Of a stretch of DNA of 64,000 nt, positions 63,482-64,000 are shown one piece after another. Source of the stretch: Vicinamibacterales bacterium (GTDB lineage Bacteria; Acidobacteriota; Vicinamibacteria; Vicinamibacterales; 2-12-FULL-66-21). Below the pieces are notes generated by a model. That model searched no databases and was not told where the DNA came from. It worked only from the letters and a program-made list of their open reading frames with translations. The position numbers were made by a program, and so were the translations under genes. The stretch covers positions 3,215 through 67,214 of the forward strand of contig DATFFM010000073.1 of the NCBI GenBank assembly GCA_035250005.1, written 5' to 3'. Position 1 is the first letter of the stretch; every line of letters starts with the position of its first letter.

Positions 63482-64000
63482 ATGCGTCGTAGTGCTGCTG
63501 TCTCGGCTGCCGCTCTCGCATTGTTCACGATGGCGATCGCCACCGCCCCGGATCGGGGCGCCATCGCCGTCGCCGCCACGGCTCCTCGTCCCGGTGTCGA
63601 CTGGCCGCAGTTTCGTGGGATTGCCGCCAGGGGGATCGCCGAGGGCTTCTCGCTGCCCACCACCTGGAATGCCGCGGACAACACCAATGTCGTCTGGAAG
63701 ACGCCGGTTCCCGGCCTCGGGCTGTCGAGCCCGGTGGTCTGGGGCAATGACCTCTTCATCTCGACCTCGATCAGCGGAAAGACCGACGCGGGTTTGAGGG
63801 TGGGTCTCTACGGCGACATCGCTTCCGTTCAGGACGACACGGCGCACGAGTGGCGCGTTTACGCGCTCGACAAGAAGACCGGCAAGATCAACTGGCAGCA
63901 GACGGCCTACAAGGGGGTGCCGAAAGTCAAACGACATACGAAATCGAGCCACGCCAACTCCACGCTCGCCACGGACGGCGAGAGGATCATCGCCTTCTTC
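63482..64000 (+). CDS. PQQ-like beta-propeller repeat protein, N-terminal part (continues beyond window)
   Basis: Own translation: AAGGAG 5 nt before ATG 63482, then MRRSAAVSAAALALFTMAIATAP...VDWPQFRGIAARGIAEG...VVWKTPVPGLGLSSPVVWGNDLFISTSI...YALDKKTGKINWQQ. It is a paralog of 32965-34320. The frame is open to the window end. Confidence 0.75.
   Translation, partial: MRRSAAVSAAALALFTMAIATAPDRGAIAVAATAPRPGVDWPQFRGIAARGIAEGFSLPTTWNAADNTNVVWKTPVPGLGLSSPVVWGNDLFISTSISGKTDAGLRVGLYGDIASVQDDTAHEWRVYALDKKTGKINWQQTAYKGVPKVKRHTKSSHANSTLATDGERIIAFF

Overview
High-GC, very gene-dense chromosomal segment: 54 supportable CDS, no non-coding gap much above 240 nt. I recognised no rRNA, tRNA, CRISPR, transposase, integrase or phage genes. 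The gene content suggests an Acidobacteriota-like soil bacterium (inference only). It includes seven MacB/FtsX-type 'duplicated orphan permeases', three PadR regulators, BNR and PQQ beta-propeller exoproteins, and a BlaI/BlaR-TonB pair. Housekeeping genes (sufE, trmH-like, guaB-like, speA, pepT, xth, ogt, hrpB, glnS, ferritin) are interleaved with envelope, stress and hydrolase genes. Three things stand out. (1) Three PadR repressors are each translationally coupled to a permease paralog that carries an extra cytoplasmic N-terminal 'prefix' domain, and each has a palindromic candidate operator. The four unlinked paralogs lack the prefix. (2) There is a family of short-period (7-8 nt) tandem arrays confined to intergenic junctions. 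Two pairs bracket gene cassettes as direct repeats, and two arrays are long palindromes. One of these encodes the last codons of glnS and is also a textbook G-quadruplex motif. (3) Smaller oddities include a BlaR-like M56 sensor fused to three TonB-C domains, a pseudo-receiver after a LytS/LytTR pair, probable leaderless promoters, start codons of divergent genes sharing one palindrome, and a 98-nt convergent gene overlap. All functional calls rest on motif recognition by eye. No database search was run.
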